NCBI RefSeq assembly: GCF_018398935.1 | Contig: NZ_CP074694.1 | Location: 1,740,001 to 1,772,000, forward strand | Reading direction: 5' to 3' | Length of the DNA stretch: 32,000 nucleotides | From: Telmatocola sphagniphila | Lineage (GTDB): Bacteria > Planctomycetota > Planctomycetia > Gemmatales > Gemmataceae | Shown here: in pieces, positions 1 to 9,468 of the stretch | Layout of the letters: every line of letters begins with the position of its first letter | Numbering within the stretch: the stretch's first letter is position 1 | Made by a program: the position numbers and the translations under genes | Notes under the pieces: generated by a model | Seen by the model: only the letters and a program-made list of their open reading frames with translations | Told to the model about the DNA's origin: nothing | The model's database searches: none

Positions 1-1975
1 CCACAAGCGGGGAATAGGAAACCATATCCTTCCCGGCGATCTTCGTTGTGAAACGAACTCCAAAGGGCAATCGCCCGGCCGGCAATTTGGGATCGACCTT
101 CAATGTGAATTTGGCTTGGGTCTCCCCTTTCCCGATTGGTTTCACGTTAGCGGTAACACCTTCGGGCAGACCGACTAACGCAACATTCACTTCCTCGGTA
201 GCGGCTGCACTCCGCTCCAGTTTGATGGTGCATTCCAGCGGCTTATCGCTCTTGAAGGTGGGAGAACTCAATTGAATGGTCCCGCGGATCGGTGGCGAGG
301 AAATTACCGCCACGGCCACCTGCCGGGTAATGGGAATGGGAGGATGTAAGAGATTATCCATCTCTTTTCGCACGGCCTCCAATCGATCCGCATAGCGTCG
401 TTTTACTTGACCATTAATCACGATCTCGCCTAGGACGCCGAAGACATAGGCCGGCTTCAAATCGGAACCAGTCAGTTGGATCGGAAGCAAAGCCTGATTG
501 GAATTGGCTGGAACTACGACACTTCCGATCACTTGCTCGGGCCCTTCGACAGAAAGTCGAATTTCTCCCCCATAGTTTTTCCGTTTAATGGCCACCGGAA
601 GCAGTGTCCCGGTCATCATCGAAGCTTCGCAGCGGTCGAGGGGAAGTATCAGCTCGAAATCGGGTTCATCTTCCCGCACTATCAAGTGATATAACTCGGC
701 CGGTCCGAAAAGATAATTCAGGTGTTCCGCCTTGATGAACAGTTCGGTATCGCTCGTTGCAGCGTACTCGAGACGAGCGGTAGTTTGCATCGGGTCGCTC
801 TTGGCAAGTTGTTTCTGATCTTTGTCCAAAAGTTGCAGATAGACCTCGGCCGGGGTATTGATGTCGAAGGTTTCTGCGGAGATGAGGTATTTCACCCCCT
901 TTTTGGCGGGGAAACGATAGTAATCGACATCTCCCTTGGACTGAAAACCGGCCGAGACTCCACAGGGCACTGGAAGCTGCATCGCTTCCGTCGGCTTATT
1001 GTTGGGCGCTTTCTCCAAAAGTTCCGGCACGTCCGAAATTCGAACCTGCAAGGGCCAGCCCGAAAGTTCGCCGATTTTCGGGACTACCGCAATGGCTCCG
1101 GTAAGCGAAGTTGCAGGAGCAGTCACTTCAACCCCGAGCACTTTCGTTATGCTGGCTCCGGGGAATTGAACTGTCGCTTTTTTCCCTGCCTGAATGTACA
1201 GGGGTTCGACGACTTGCCCGACGGGAAAATCGCCGATTCGCAACCGATAGTGATGGTTGGGGCCGCCCCGATATTGCGTATCGCGCATTTCGATCAGATA
1301 CTCGCCGGCCTCGGCAAAAGTATGGGTAATTCGGGCATCGTTCTGCAAACCGGGTGGATCGTCACTATAAGTTCCCGGGATTTCGAGACCGGTAGCGGCA
1401 CTATAAAGCTTTAAAATGGGATCGATCGGATTACCGAGTCTATGGCCGAGGGTTTCGAAACTGAGTCGTTGGCCGGGAGATACGGTGAAGCTGTACCAGT
1501 CGCTCTTATCCTCGTCGACTTTACCAGCCACTACACAGGGAATCGTCAGTTTTTGAGGCGTTTTCTTGTCCTGATGGCCGGACGTCTGCAAAACCTGAGG
1601 CAAGTCGTCCACGCAAATGAGAATCGCATTCGAAATACCAAATTCGGTAATCACGCGCAAATGGTGGTAACCCACCGAGGCCTCTTTCGAGACATCGAGT
1701 GTCAGCGTCACTTCCTGCGCCGATTTGGCTTTAACGGACGCCTGCACCGGGAAACTGGCCCAAACCGCTTTGGCAGTTTCCAGTTTGCTTCCGGAAATTT
1801 TTAATTCCGATTTGGTGCCGCGGGATAGGCCATGTGGAAACGCCGGTGAAATTACCGGTGCCTGCGGCGAAAGACTTACTGTCGAAGCCGGCGCGGGAGA
1901 ATCGGGCTTTTTTTGAGCCACGGCCAAGGATGTCAAAGAAAGAACGAGAAACGCTGCGAGTTGGCGTTGGTGCAT
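1..1975 (-). CDS. Secreted multi-domain protein with pre-peptidase C-terminal (PPC)-like repeats. The C-terminal end is cut off by the left window edge.
   Basis: It is absent from the ORF track because it has no stop codon inside the window. The minus-strand translation from the ATG at 1975-1973 reads MHQRQLAAFLVLSLTSLAVAQKKPDSPAPAS..., which looks like a signal peptide. I checked this frame for stops at 1-181, 661-721, 1381-1441 and 1741-1975 and found none. DWYSFTVSPGQRLSFE and GDVDYYRFPAKKGVKYLISAE resemble PPC-domain motifs. The + ORFs at 722-1414 and 1442-1804 are antisense shadows. Confidence 0.7.
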   Translation of the reverse strand, partial: MHQRQLAAFLVLSLTSLAVAQKKPDSPAPASTVSLSPQAPVISPAFPHGLSRGTKSELKISGSKLETAKAVWASFPVQASVKAKSAQEVTLTLDVSKEASVGYHHLRVITEFGISNAILICVDDLPQVLQTSGHQDKKTPQKLTIPCVVAGKVDEDKSDWYSFTVSPGQRLSFETLGHRLGNPIDPILKLYSAATGLEIPGTYSDDPPGLQNDARITHTFAEAGEYLIEMRDTQYRGGPNHHYRLRIGDFPVGQVVEPLYIQAGKKATVQFPGASITKVLGVEVTAPATSLTGAIAVVPKIGELSGWPLQVRISDVPELLEKAPNNKPTEAMQLPVPCGVSAGFQSKGDVDYYRFPAKKGVKYLISAETFDINTPAEVYLQLLDKDQKQLAKSDPMQTTARLEYAATSDTELFIKAEHLNYLFGPAELYHLIVREDEPDFELILPLDRCEASMMTGTLLPVAIKRKNYGGEIRLSVEGPEQVIGSVVVPANSNQALLPIQLTGSDLKPAYVFGVLGEIVINGQVKRRYADRLEAVRKEMDNLLHPPIPITRQVAVAVISSPPIRGTIQLSSPTFKSDKPLECTIKLERSAAATEEVNVALVGLPEGVTANVKPIGKGETQAKFTLKVDPKLPAGRLPFGVRFTTKIAGKDMVSYSPLV

Positions 1976-2060
1976 GATGGATGTAATACCGGGCCAGCAA
2001 TTAGGAGGGAAAGTTCGGCGTGTATTCGATCGCATCTGTTAAAAGTAAATGCGGCCAAAC

Positions 2061-2420
2061 TCAATTCTTACTGAAATCCAGCTTGAAAGCTTCGCGATTC
2101 AGCGGATCTTCGAGGAATTTCTTGTGGCACTGCGGACAGAGTTCGTAGCGAAATTCTTTAAAAGTGGGTGCCGGTCCCACCGGTTCGAGCATCATTTCCT
2201 CGAGATCATCAATGCCATCGTCGTCCGTCTCAGGCAGTTCCACGACTTCATCTTCATCCAGAGCGTCCGAGGAAATCGGCAGATCCGATTCCTTCATGTT
2301 GTGGCATTTGGGAGCGAGGTGGGCACTCATTTTCAGCACATAAATATCGTCTGTCGCGGGATGCATTTCTTTTCCACATACATCGCAAGAATAGTGTAGC
2401 ATATCCCCGACCCTCGACAT
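2061..2420 (-). CDS. Small zinc-ribbon protein with an acidic central segment
   Basis: The ORF is 2061-2567. It has two CxxC pairs (CDVCGKE ... CPQCHKK) flanking a D/E-rich linker (DEDEVVELPETDDDGIDDLEEMM). I prefer the internal ATG at 2420 (MSRVGDM...) or 2402. The 2567 start would sit 2 nt from the divergent ATG at 2570, and the extra 49 codons (W/C/Y-rich, AT-rich) do not look coding. Confidence 0.55.
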   Translation of the reverse strand: MSRVGDMLHYSCDVCGKEMHPATDDIYVLKMSAHLAPKCHNMKESDLPISSDALDEDEVVELPETDDDGIDDLEEMMLEPVGPAPTFKEFRYELCPQCHKKFLEDPLNREAFKLDFSKN

Positions 2421-2569
2421 GATTGTGGCGTAACGATTACGCCGATAATTCTTATCTATCCATTCGTGCCAGAGATACCAGGAACTGTCAAGCACAAACT
2501 GCATGCGAAACGAAAAAACGTCGCTATAACATCTGAGTGAATCTTTAGGGCATTCAAGGAAATTCATTC

Positions 2570-3829
2570 ATGGCGGACCAGCCTTCATCCAGTACTGCGG
2601 CAGATCCCTGGTTTCAAAATCTCTTCGCCGAGCGCATCGGTGGTGCGAAATATGGTAAAGGCACCGAGATCTACAAATTCGAAAAGATCAAACGAGCGAA
2701 ACGGAAAGCTCTGGCGGAGCACCCGGAGCGTAAACTGCTGGATTTTGGCATCGGCGAAAATGACGATATGGCCGCGGCCTCAGTCCGCGAGGTCATGAAA
2801 AAGGAAATCGACAAAGTCGAAAACCGCGGTTATGCCGACAACGGCATTGCCAATTACAAGGAAGCCGCCGCTGAGTTCATGCAGCGTCAATTTGGCGTAA
2901 AACTCGACCCGATTACGGAAATTTGCCACGCGATTGGCTCCAAACCGGCTTATGCGATGCTGCCCGCCGTGTTCATCAACCCGGGCGATGTCACTCTAAT
3001 GACCGTTCCAGGTTATCCCGTGGCCGGTACCCACACCCGCTACTATGGCGGCGAAGTGCATCGGCTGCCCCTTTTGGAAAAGAATGGTTTTTTCCCGGAC
3101 CTCGATGGCATCCCGGCCGATATCAAAAAACGCGCGAAATTGATGGTTATCAATTTCCCTAACAGTCCCACCGGAGCTGTGGCGACCAAGGAATTTTACA
3201 AAAAGGTCATCGAGTTCGCGCATCAGAATCAGATCGTGATCGTACAGGATGCCGCCCACATTCTGCTGACCTTCAGCGGCGAGCCCTTCAGTTTCCTCCA
3301 AATGGACGGTGCCAAGGAAGTTGGAGTAGAAGTCCATTCGATGTCGAAGGGCTTCAACATGATCGGCTGGCGACTGGGATTCGTCTGCGGGCATCCCAAA
3401 ATCGTCCAGGCCTTCGCCGACGTCAAGGACAATAGTGACTCAGGCCAGTTCATGGCTATCCAGCATGCGGCGGCAGCGGCACTGAGAAATCCGGAAATTC
3501 CCATCCAGATCTGGGAAAAGTATCGCCGTCGTATCAAGAAATTGGTCGATGCTTTGAACGCTGTGGGATTCCAGGCCAAGATGCCCGGAGGGTCTTATTT
3601 CCTCTATGCCAAGGCTCCGATTTCGGCGGGCGAGCTGAAATTCCAGAATGCCGAGGAGGTCAGCACTTTTCTCATTCACGAACAGTCGGTCTGTTGCGTG
3701 CCCTGGGATGACGCGGGTCCCTATCTGCGTTTCTCGGCGACCTACATCGCCAAGGATGAGGCCGAGGAAGATCAGCTGATGAAAGAAACTGTGGAGCGAC
3801 TGGGTCGCCTGAAGCTTCAATTTGCCTAA
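2570..3829 (+). CDS. PLP-dependent class I/II aminotransferase, LL-diaminopimelate aminotransferase-like
   Basis: 419-aa ORF with an ATG start. INFPNSPTG matches the class-I NPxNPTG-type motif, and SMSKGFNMIGWRLGF matches the SxSK PLP-lysine motif. The N-terminus (FAERIGGAKYGKGTEIYKFEKIKRAKR) resembles DapL-type annotations from memory. Substrate specificity cannot be verified from the sequence. Confidence 0.75.
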   Translation: MADQPSSSTAADPWFQNLFAERIGGAKYGKGTEIYKFEKIKRAKRKALAEHPERKLLDFGIGENDDMAAASVREVMKKEIDKVENRGYADNGIANYKEAAAEFMQRQFGVKLDPITEICHAIGSKPAYAMLPAVFINPGDVTLMTVPGYPVAGTHTRYYGGEVHRLPLLEKNGFFPDLDGIPADIKKRAKLMVINFPNSPTGAVATKEFYKKVIEFAHQNQIVIVQDAAHILLTFSGEPFSFLQMDGAKEVGVEVHSMSKGFNMIGWRLGFVCGHPKIVQAFADVKDNSDSGQFMAIQHAAAAALRNPEIPIQIWEKYRRRIKKLVDALNAVGFQAKMPGGSYFLYAKAPISAGELKFQNAEEVSTFLIHEQSVCCVPWDDAGPYLRFSATYIAKDEAEEDQLMKETVERLGRLKLQFA

Positions 3830-3844
3830 TGGAGCGAAGGGAAA

Positions 3845-4519
3845 ATGAAGATTGTCATTACGGGAGCGACTCGCGGGCTTGGTCGAGCCTTGGTTGCACC
3901 GCTGGCAAAAAAGGGGCACACGGTTTACGGTTGCGGCCGAAATGAGGCGAACATCGCCTCTCTTTCCGCCGCTTTCCCGGCCCCACACGATTTTGAGGCA
4001 CTGGATGTTCGCGATTTTCGGGCGGTTCAGCGCTGGGCGAGTCGAATTCTGCTCTCCGTCGGCTCGCCCGATCTGCTCATTAATAACGCTGCTGTTATGA
4101 CCACTCCGGCCAATCTCTGGGAAGTCTCCGAGGAAGAATTTTCACGTTTAATTGATGTGAACATAAAAGGTGTGGCCAACGTCATTCGGGCTTTCGTACC
4201 GGCGATGGTCTCACAAAAGCGGGGAGTGATCGTCAACTTATCCTCGGGTTGGGGGCGTTCGACTTCGCCACAGGTAGCCCCCTACTGCGCCAGCAAATAT
4301 GCAATTGAAGGTTTGACTAAGGCCCTGGCTCAGGAATTGCCACCCGGAATGTGTGCCGTCCCTTTGAATCCGGGTACGATTGATACGGACATGTTAAGAC
4401 AGGCTTGGGCGGACACGGCCAGTAACTATCCAAAACCGGAAGCCTGGGCCGAAAAGGCGGTTCAGCTACTTCTCGGGTTATCCGCAAAGGATAACGGTAA
4501 GTCCTTATCTGTACTGTAA
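3845..4519 (+). CDS. Short-chain dehydrogenase/reductase (SDR) family oxidoreductase
   Basis: ITGATRGLGRAL fits the TGxxxGxG cofactor-binding motif. NNAA and YCASKYAIEG (YxxxK) are the catalytic motifs. The gene lies 15 nt downstream of the aminotransferase, with GAAGGG upstream of the ATG. Confidence 0.85.
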   Translation: MKIVITGATRGLGRALVAPLAKKGHTVYGCGRNEANIASLSAAFPAPHDFEALDVRDFRAVQRWASRILLSVGSPDLLINNAAVMTTPANLWEVSEEEFSRLIDVNIKGVANVIRAFVPAMVSQKRGVIVNLSSGWGRSTSPQVAPYCASKYAIEGLTKALAQELPPGMCAVPLNPGTIDTDMLRQAWADTASNYPKPEAWAEKAVQLLLGLSAKDNGKSLSVL

Positions 4520-4554
4520 TTAACCTAAAAATATAGAAGAAATTTCAGGCCGGG

Positions 4555-4586
4555 ACGAATACTCGTGCGCTCGCACGAGTATTCGT
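4555..4586. repeat. Perfect 15-bp inverted repeat (hairpin), a possible terminator or operator
   Basis: acgaatactcgtgcg (4555-4569) is followed by a 2-nt spacer and cgcacgagtattcgt (4572-4586), its exact reverse complement. It sits 36 nt after the SDR stop codon. No U-tract follows it. Confidence 0.5.
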
Positions 4587-4675
4587 TACAATCCGACTTC
4601 CTAGTACATATTTCCCTTGCTGTCAAATTCTACCTCGGTTATACCAATTAAAGGTCATAATCGGGAGAATCGAAA

Positions 4676-5815
4676 ATGTTAGCAACTAAAAAAGTTACGT
4701 TAAATTTGACCGCTTTGGAATCTCGCGCCCTGATGGCAACGAACGTTCTGGGCGTCGCTTCGGGATACAACGGTTTCTTTTTCAATAATTACGATGCGTC
4801 ATATTCCGACGTCCAGGGAAAGCTGGCCGCCGGGGGGAATGTTTCGCTGACGGGTTACTCCGTGGGCGACAAAATCTCCAACGCCGGTCCGGAACTGGTC
4901 GTCGGAGGTAACCTGAACTTTACCAACGGACAAGTGGACGGCGGCGGTGTAACATATGGCGGCACCCTGACCACTAAATGGTTTGGGACGAATGGCGGAA
5001 CCATCAGCCAGAAGTCGGGAGTCGTTGACTTTGCGGCGGCTCAGGCATCATTGACTAGCACTTCGGAAGCCCTCGCGAACAAGCCCTCCAACGGAACCGT
5101 GGTCAATCAGTGGGGTGGACTCATCCTCACTGGAACCAGCACGGGCACCAATTACTTCTCGCTCAATGCCTCCCAGCTATCCAGCTCCTGGGGTATTACG
5201 ATTAATGCACCGGCAGGATCCACGGTTATCGTGAATGTGCACGGAATGTCGGCCAGCATGAAGTTCATGGGCTTCCAACTCCAGGGCGGCGTTACCGCCG
5301 ATCACGTTCTGTTGAATTTCGTCGATGCTCAATCGCTGGTGCTGGACGGAGTAGGAATTCAAGGAAGCATTCTCGCACCCAACGCGAATGTAAAATTTGA
5401 CAACGGCCAGATCAACGGAACGTTGGTAGCCAATTCGATGTGCGGCTACGGCCAGTTGAACTGGGTGCCACCGAATATCGAAGTCTGCGGCTGTCTGTAC
5501 AACCCGACTCAACCTGCCAGCTTATCCGGTAGCATCTCCACATCGATTTGTGGGTGCGGCCAGGTGCATGTTCAGTTGATCAATCAGACCACCGGAGCCG
5601 TCGTTGGAGATGTAATGGTTTCCAAGGGGGGGACTTTCTCGTTCGCTGCCGTACCTCCCGGTGTTTATAAGCTGACGGCTTCCCGGGCACATGGCACCAT
5701 ACACGCCACCGCTGGAAACGCAGGGGGCAATTTGATGGCAGGCGACACGGCGACGATTTATAACATCGATTTGACCAGTGGGGCCAAGGCGACCGGTTAC
5801 AGTTTCGGTGCCTAA
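4676..5815 (+). CDS. Choice-of-anchor-A family protein with a C-terminal Ig-like/carboxypeptidase-regulatory-like domain
   Basis: GGGAGA lies 8 nt upstream of the ATG. YNGFFFNNYDASYSDVQGKLAAGGNVSL and VLLNF...IQGSILAPNANVKFDNGQINGTLVANS match my recollection of the choice-of-anchor-A signature (D.EGrvAvGGn ... GsvlAP.a.v....g.i.G). The C-terminal segment VHVQLINQTTGAVVGDVMVSKGGTFSFAAVPPGVYKL looks like a beta-sandwich. Confidence 0.75.
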   Translation: MLATKKVTLNLTALESRALMATNVLGVASGYNGFFFNNYDASYSDVQGKLAAGGNVSLTGYSVGDKISNAGPELVVGGNLNFTNGQVDGGGVTYGGTLTTKWFGTNGGTISQKSGVVDFAAAQASLTSTSEALANKPSNGTVVNQWGGLILTGTSTGTNYFSLNASQLSSSWGITINAPAGSTVIVNVHGMSASMKFMGFQLQGGVTADHVLLNFVDAQSLVLDGVGIQGSILAPNANVKFDNGQINGTLVANSMCGYGQLNWVPPNIEVCGCLYNPTQPASLSGSISTSICGCGQVHVQLINQTTGAVVGDVMVSKGGTFSFAAVPPGVYKLTASRAHGTIHATAGNAGGNLMAGDTATIYNIDLTSGAKATGYSFGA

Positions 5816-5835
5816 GCCTTTGAAGGACTTGCCAA

Positions 5836-5874
5836 GGCTCGTAGAAGTGATTTTTACGAGCCGTTTTCATTTTT
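5836..5874 (+). terminator. Rho-independent terminator after the choice-of-anchor-A gene
   Basis: The stem ggctcgta (5836-5843) pairs with tacgagcc (5855-5862). It is extendable by G-U plus 2 A-U pairs to a 5-nt loop. The T-rich tract gttttcattttt follows, 20 nt after the stop codon. Confidence 0.6.
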
Positions 5875-5975
5875 ACGGCCTATCTTCTGTCAAAAAATCT
5901 CTTTACGCACATTGGTCCTCGCCTCTCATTCGATAAGTTGAACCTGTCTGTGAAAATCAGAAAGGCGACCAGCGA

Positions 5976-6842
5976 ATGACATTAGTTCACGCGATAATTC
6001 TGGGAATCGTCCAGGGACTAACCGAGTTCCTGCCAATCAGTAGTACCGCCCACTTAAGAATCACCCCTCCCCTGCTCGGTTGGGATCACGGCGGCGGACA
6101 GGCTTTCGAGACCGTTATTCAGATGGGCACGCTGGTGGCTGTGATCTGGTACTTCCGCGCGGATATTCTTCATCTGCTCGGCGGCTTGAAAAGAGACGTG
6201 CAAGCCCGCAAGCTGGCCAGCAATCACGAATCGAAGTTGGCCTGGATGATTGCGATTGCCACTGTGCCGGTGGGCGTATGCGGTTTACTCTTAGAACATA
6301 AAATCAAAAACGAATTTCGAGACCTGCGCTGGGTGGCCTTTTTCATCGGCTTCTTCGCCCTGGTGCTTTGGGCCGCGGAAATTTATTCGCATAGAAAGGC
6401 AAAAGCGGGGAATCCTGGAAAGCCGGAATCCGAAATAGGATTCTTCAACGTGATCACCATGGGGTTATTTCAATGTTTAGCATTATTCCCGGGTGCCTCA
6501 CGTTCGGGAACAACTATTAGCGGGGCACTTTTTTCCGGCTTGGATCGGGCAGCAGCGGCCCGCTTTTCGTTCTTGCTGAGTCTGCCCGCGATCACCGCCG
6601 CGGGACTCTACAAGCTTTATAAAGATCGCCATGAACTGTTTGCCACGCAAGAAGGCATCATCAATCTTGTCGTATCTACCGTGGTGTCCGGAATCGTCGG
6701 TTACTTTGCCATCGCCTGGTTAATCGGGTTTCTCAAACGCTACTCGACAACCGTTTTTATCGTTTACCGAATTCTGTTGGCGATCCTGCTGATCGTACTG
6801 GTTCAGCAAGGCATTATCTCGCCTCTCGAAGAACCCGAATAA
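5976..6842 (+). CDS. uppP: Undecaprenyl-diphosphate phosphatase
   Basis: The N-terminus AIILGIVQGLTEFLPISSTAHL and the later PGASRSGTTI motif are hallmarks of UppP/BacA. The protein is polytopic and 288 aa long. Confidence 0.9.
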   Translation: MTLVHAIILGIVQGLTEFLPISSTAHLRITPPLLGWDHGGGQAFETVIQMGTLVAVIWYFRADILHLLGGLKRDVQARKLASNHESKLAWMIAIATVPVGVCGLLLEHKIKNEFRDLRWVAFFIGFFALVLWAAEIYSHRKAKAGNPGKPESEIGFFNVITMGLFQCLALFPGASRSGTTISGALFSGLDRAAAARFSFLLSLPAITAAGLYKLYKDRHELFATQEGIINLVVSTVVSGIVGYFAIAWLIGFLKRYSTTVFIVYRILLAILLIVLVQQGIISPLEEPE

Positions 6843-6872
6843 TAACATCGAAGTATTGGAAGGTACTTTCAA

Positions 6873-7427
6873 ATGAATCTCTTTGAAAAATTCAGCGCGG
6901 CCTTACCGCTATCGGACTTTCTGACCAAGCATGGCATCCCCGCCCATAAAGAACGTTGGGACCGCACGTTCAATCAGATCGCACTGACGGAAGATCAAAA
7001 AAACCTGCTCAAGCAATTCAAGCGGGAAACGCCCGTCCTGGTGCTGGCCGGGGCGTGGTGCGGCGATTGCTCCGGACAGTGCCCGGCGTTTGAGAGATTC
7101 GCGGAAATTGCGCCTTGCTTGAAAATTCGCTATCTGGATCGGGATGTCCATGCGGATGTTCAGGCTGCCTTGAAGATCAATGGGGGCAACCGCGTGCCTG
7201 TGGCGGTGTTTTTCAGCGAAGATGGCATGGAGGTTTCCCGCTATGGCGAGCGGACTCTTTCGCAGTATCGCCGCATGGTCGAACAGCAGACCGGTGAAGC
7301 CTGCGGCAGCGGCATTGTCGGCAAGGACGCGCTAGCGCAAATCGTTCAGGAATGGCTCAACGAGTTTGAACGGGTGCAATGGATTCTCCGCCTATCTCCC
7401 CGCCTGCGAACCAAGCATGGCGATTAA
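6873..7427 (+). CDS. Thioredoxin-fold family protein
   Basis: The WCGDC (CxxC) active-site motif follows a beta-strand (PVLVLAGA). A cis-Pro-like RVPVAVFF segment is also present. The protein is 184 aa. Confidence 0.7.
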   Translation: MNLFEKFSAALPLSDFLTKHGIPAHKERWDRTFNQIALTEDQKNLLKQFKRETPVLVLAGAWCGDCSGQCPAFERFAEIAPCLKIRYLDRDVHADVQAALKINGGNRVPVAVFFSEDGMEVSRYGERTLSQYRRMVEQQTGEACGSGIVGKDALAQIVQEWLNEFERVQWILRLSPRLRTKHGD

Positions 7428-7530
7428 TTTCGATCCAATTCCCGGGATTCCGCCGGTTTTACGCACACGGCGGAGTCAGTTCGCTAAAACAACTCCAAGG
7501 AAAATCGTCGAAACTTCGCCATTGTGATGC

Positions 7531-9468
7531 ATGGAAAACCCGACCGGTAATAAACCCGAACGCAAGCGTACTTCTTTCACCTTGAACTACGCCCCGATTC
7601 TCGTCATCGCCTTATTCGGTGTGATGCTTTGGTATCAGAGCAAAGAACCGACGATTCAGACGATTCCGTACGGAAAATTCAAACAGCTGATCGGCGCCCC
7701 CGGTATCACGTTCCGCAGCCTGAAAGTGGGCCGCAACGATATTCGCGGGGAGATCATCACCCGCGATAATATTGCCGGCCCCGAGGATGTGGAACCCAAG
7801 AGCGATCAGCCCCATATCACTTCTTTCAAGGTTCTTAGGCTAGGCGTCGAACGGGACGAACAACTCTACCCGCTTCTGGATAAATACGTCGTCGATTATC
7901 AGGCCGAGGAAGAAGACAAACCGATCCAGACCGCACTGAGTACGTTTCTCTGGCTGGCGTTGATGCTGGCGGGAGGCGTGGCGATTTTGTTTCTTTCGAT
8001 GCGATTTTTCGGTGGTTCGCCCTTTTCTTTCGGCCGCAGCCGTCACAAAGTCTTTGCTCAAAAAGACAGTACGAAAATTACGTTCGAAGACGTGGCGGGC
8101 ATTGATGAAGCGAAAGCGGAATTGCGAGAAGTAGTCGATTTTCTCAAGAAACCGGAAAAATATCAGGCTCTGGGAGGCCGCATCCCCAAGGGCGTTCTTT
8201 TGGTCGGCCCACCCGGTACCGGAAAAACGCTGCTCGCGCGTTCAGTGGCGGGTGAAGCGGGCGTCCCCTTTTTCAGCATCAGCGGCAGCGATTTCGTCGA
8301 ACTCTTTGCCGGCGTCGGAGCATCCCGGGTCCGGGATCTGTTCCGGGACGCCGAGTCGAATGCTCCCTGCATCATCTTCATAGACGAACTCGATGCCATG
8401 GGTAAGACTCGCTCCTCGAATTCCATGATGAGCCACGAAGAACGGGAACAGACTCTTAATCAACTCCTGGTGGAAATGGATGGCTTCGACACCAATCGCG
8501 GCGTCATTCTGATGGCGGCCACCAACCGCCCGGAAACGCTCGATGCCGCCTTGCTCCGGCCGGGCCGATTTGATCGTACTGTGGTTGTGGATCGGCCCGA
8601 TATCGACGGCCGGGAAGCCATTCTGAAAGTTCATGCGCGAACGGTGAAACTGGCGCCCGATGTCAATCTTCGCAAGATCGCCGCTCTCACGCCGGGCGCT
8701 GCGGGGGCCGATCTGGCCAATCTGGTAAACGAAGGGGCTCTTCTGGCGGCTAGACGGGGTAAATCGTCCGTGACTATGAGCGAACTGGATGAGGCCGTCG
8801 AACGTGGCGCGGTCGGCTTAGAGCGCCGTAGCCGTGTCATGCGACCGGAAGAGAAAAATCGGGTCGCCGTGCACGAAGCCGGACACGCACTCGTGGCCTG
8901 TGTGGTAGACGGCTGCGATCCCGTTCACAAGGTCTCAATTATTCCCCGAGGGATGGCCGGCGGCTATGTACTTCAACGACCGGATGGGGATCGCACGCTG
9001 ATTACCCGGCATGAACTTGAAGCGCGGATTAAGGTTGCTCTAGGGGGGACCATTGCCGAAGAAATTATCCTCGGTGAAATCTCCACCGGCGCGACTTCCG
9101 ATCTTCAGACTGTCAACGACATCGCACAGCGCATGGTTCGCGAGTTCGGCATGAGCCGACTGGGCCGGGTTTACCACGCCGGGGAACAGAACTCGTTTCT
9201 TCCGGGCTTCATGGAGAAAAGTAACGTCAGCGAGCAGACTTCCCGGGAGATCGATCTGGAAGTTCGCAGCATCATCGAACAATGCGTTAGCACAGTGAGA
9301 GACCTCATCGCCAATAACCAGCCGGCCCTCAACGAGTTGGCGCAATGCCTGATCGATAAAGAGGTTATTGAAGGTCGGGAACTGTATCAGATTCTATCCC
9401 GGGTTGGGGCGCCGCTCACGGAAGCCGCGATGAAGACTCTTCTGGAAAGCAAAGCCGAGATTCCCTGA
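7531..9468 (+). CDS. ftsH: ATP-dependent zinc metalloprotease FtsH (canonical, membrane-anchored)
   Basis: There are two N-terminal hydrophobic helices ([15 protein letters not shown] and [18 protein letters not shown]). Walker A is GPPGTGKT and Walker B is IIFIDELD. The SRH is [20 protein letters not shown], and the M41 zinc site is HEAGHA with a downstream GATSDLQ. Confidence 0.95.
   Translation: MENPTGNKPERKRTSFTLNYAPILVIALFGVMLWYQSKEPTIQTIPYGKFKQLIGAPGITFRSLKVGRNDIRGEIITRDNIAGPEDVEPKSDQPHITSFKVLRLGVERDEQLYPLLDKYVVDYQAEEEDKPIQTALSTFLWLALMLAGGVAILFLSMRFFGGSPFSFGRSRHKVFAQKDSTKITFEDVAGIDEAKAELREVVDFLKKPEKYQALGGRIPKGVLLVGPPGTGKTLLARSVAGEAGVPFFSISGSDFVELFAGVGASRVRDLFRDAESNAPCIIFIDELDAMGKTRSSNSMMSHEEREQTLNQLLVEMDGFDTNRGVILMAATNRPETLDAALLRPGRFDRTVVVDRPDIDGREAILKVHARTVKLAPDVNLRKIAALTPGAAGADLANLVNEGALLAARRGKSSVTMSELDEAVERGAVGLERRSRVMRPEEKNRVAVHEAGHALVACVVDGCDPVHKVSIIPRGMAGGYVLQRPDGDRTLITRHELEARIKVALGGTIAEEIILGEISTGATSDLQTVNDIAQRMVREFGMSRLGRVYHAGEQNSFLPGFMEKSNVSEQTSREIDLEVRSIIEQCVSTVRDLIANNQPALNELAQCLIDKEVIEGRELYQILSRVGAPLTEAAMKTLLESKAEIP

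Noticed and set aside
722-1804. The + strand ORFs 722-1414 (230 aa) and 1442-1804 (120 aa), and other small ORFs in 48-2000.
   Set aside because: They lie antisense to a much longer minus-strand reading frame with a signal peptide and PPC-like motifs that runs off the window edge. Their translations are low-complexity, R/G/F-rich, and have no motifs.
2421-2567. The N-terminal 49-codon extension of the zinc-ribbon ORF (MNFLECPKDSLRCYSDVFSFRMQFVLDSSWYLWHEW...).
   Set aside because: Its composition does not look like protein (W/C/Y-rich, AT-rich DNA), and it would place two divergent start codons 2 nt apart. It is more likely promoter or 5'-UTR DNA.
7449-7474. A hairpin, tccgccg-12 nt-cggcgga, between the thioredoxin-like gene and ftsH. 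I considered it as a possible terminator.
   Set aside because: The stem is only 7 bp, the loop is large, and there is no U-tract. This is too weak to call.
7612-9345. Multiple antisense or alternate-frame ORFs inside ftsH: 7612-7815, 7840-8061, 8163-8426, 8242-8634, 8631-8840 and 9040-9345.
   Set aside because: All are embedded in a gene with unambiguous FtsH motifs across its whole length. Their translations are compositionally biased shadow frames.
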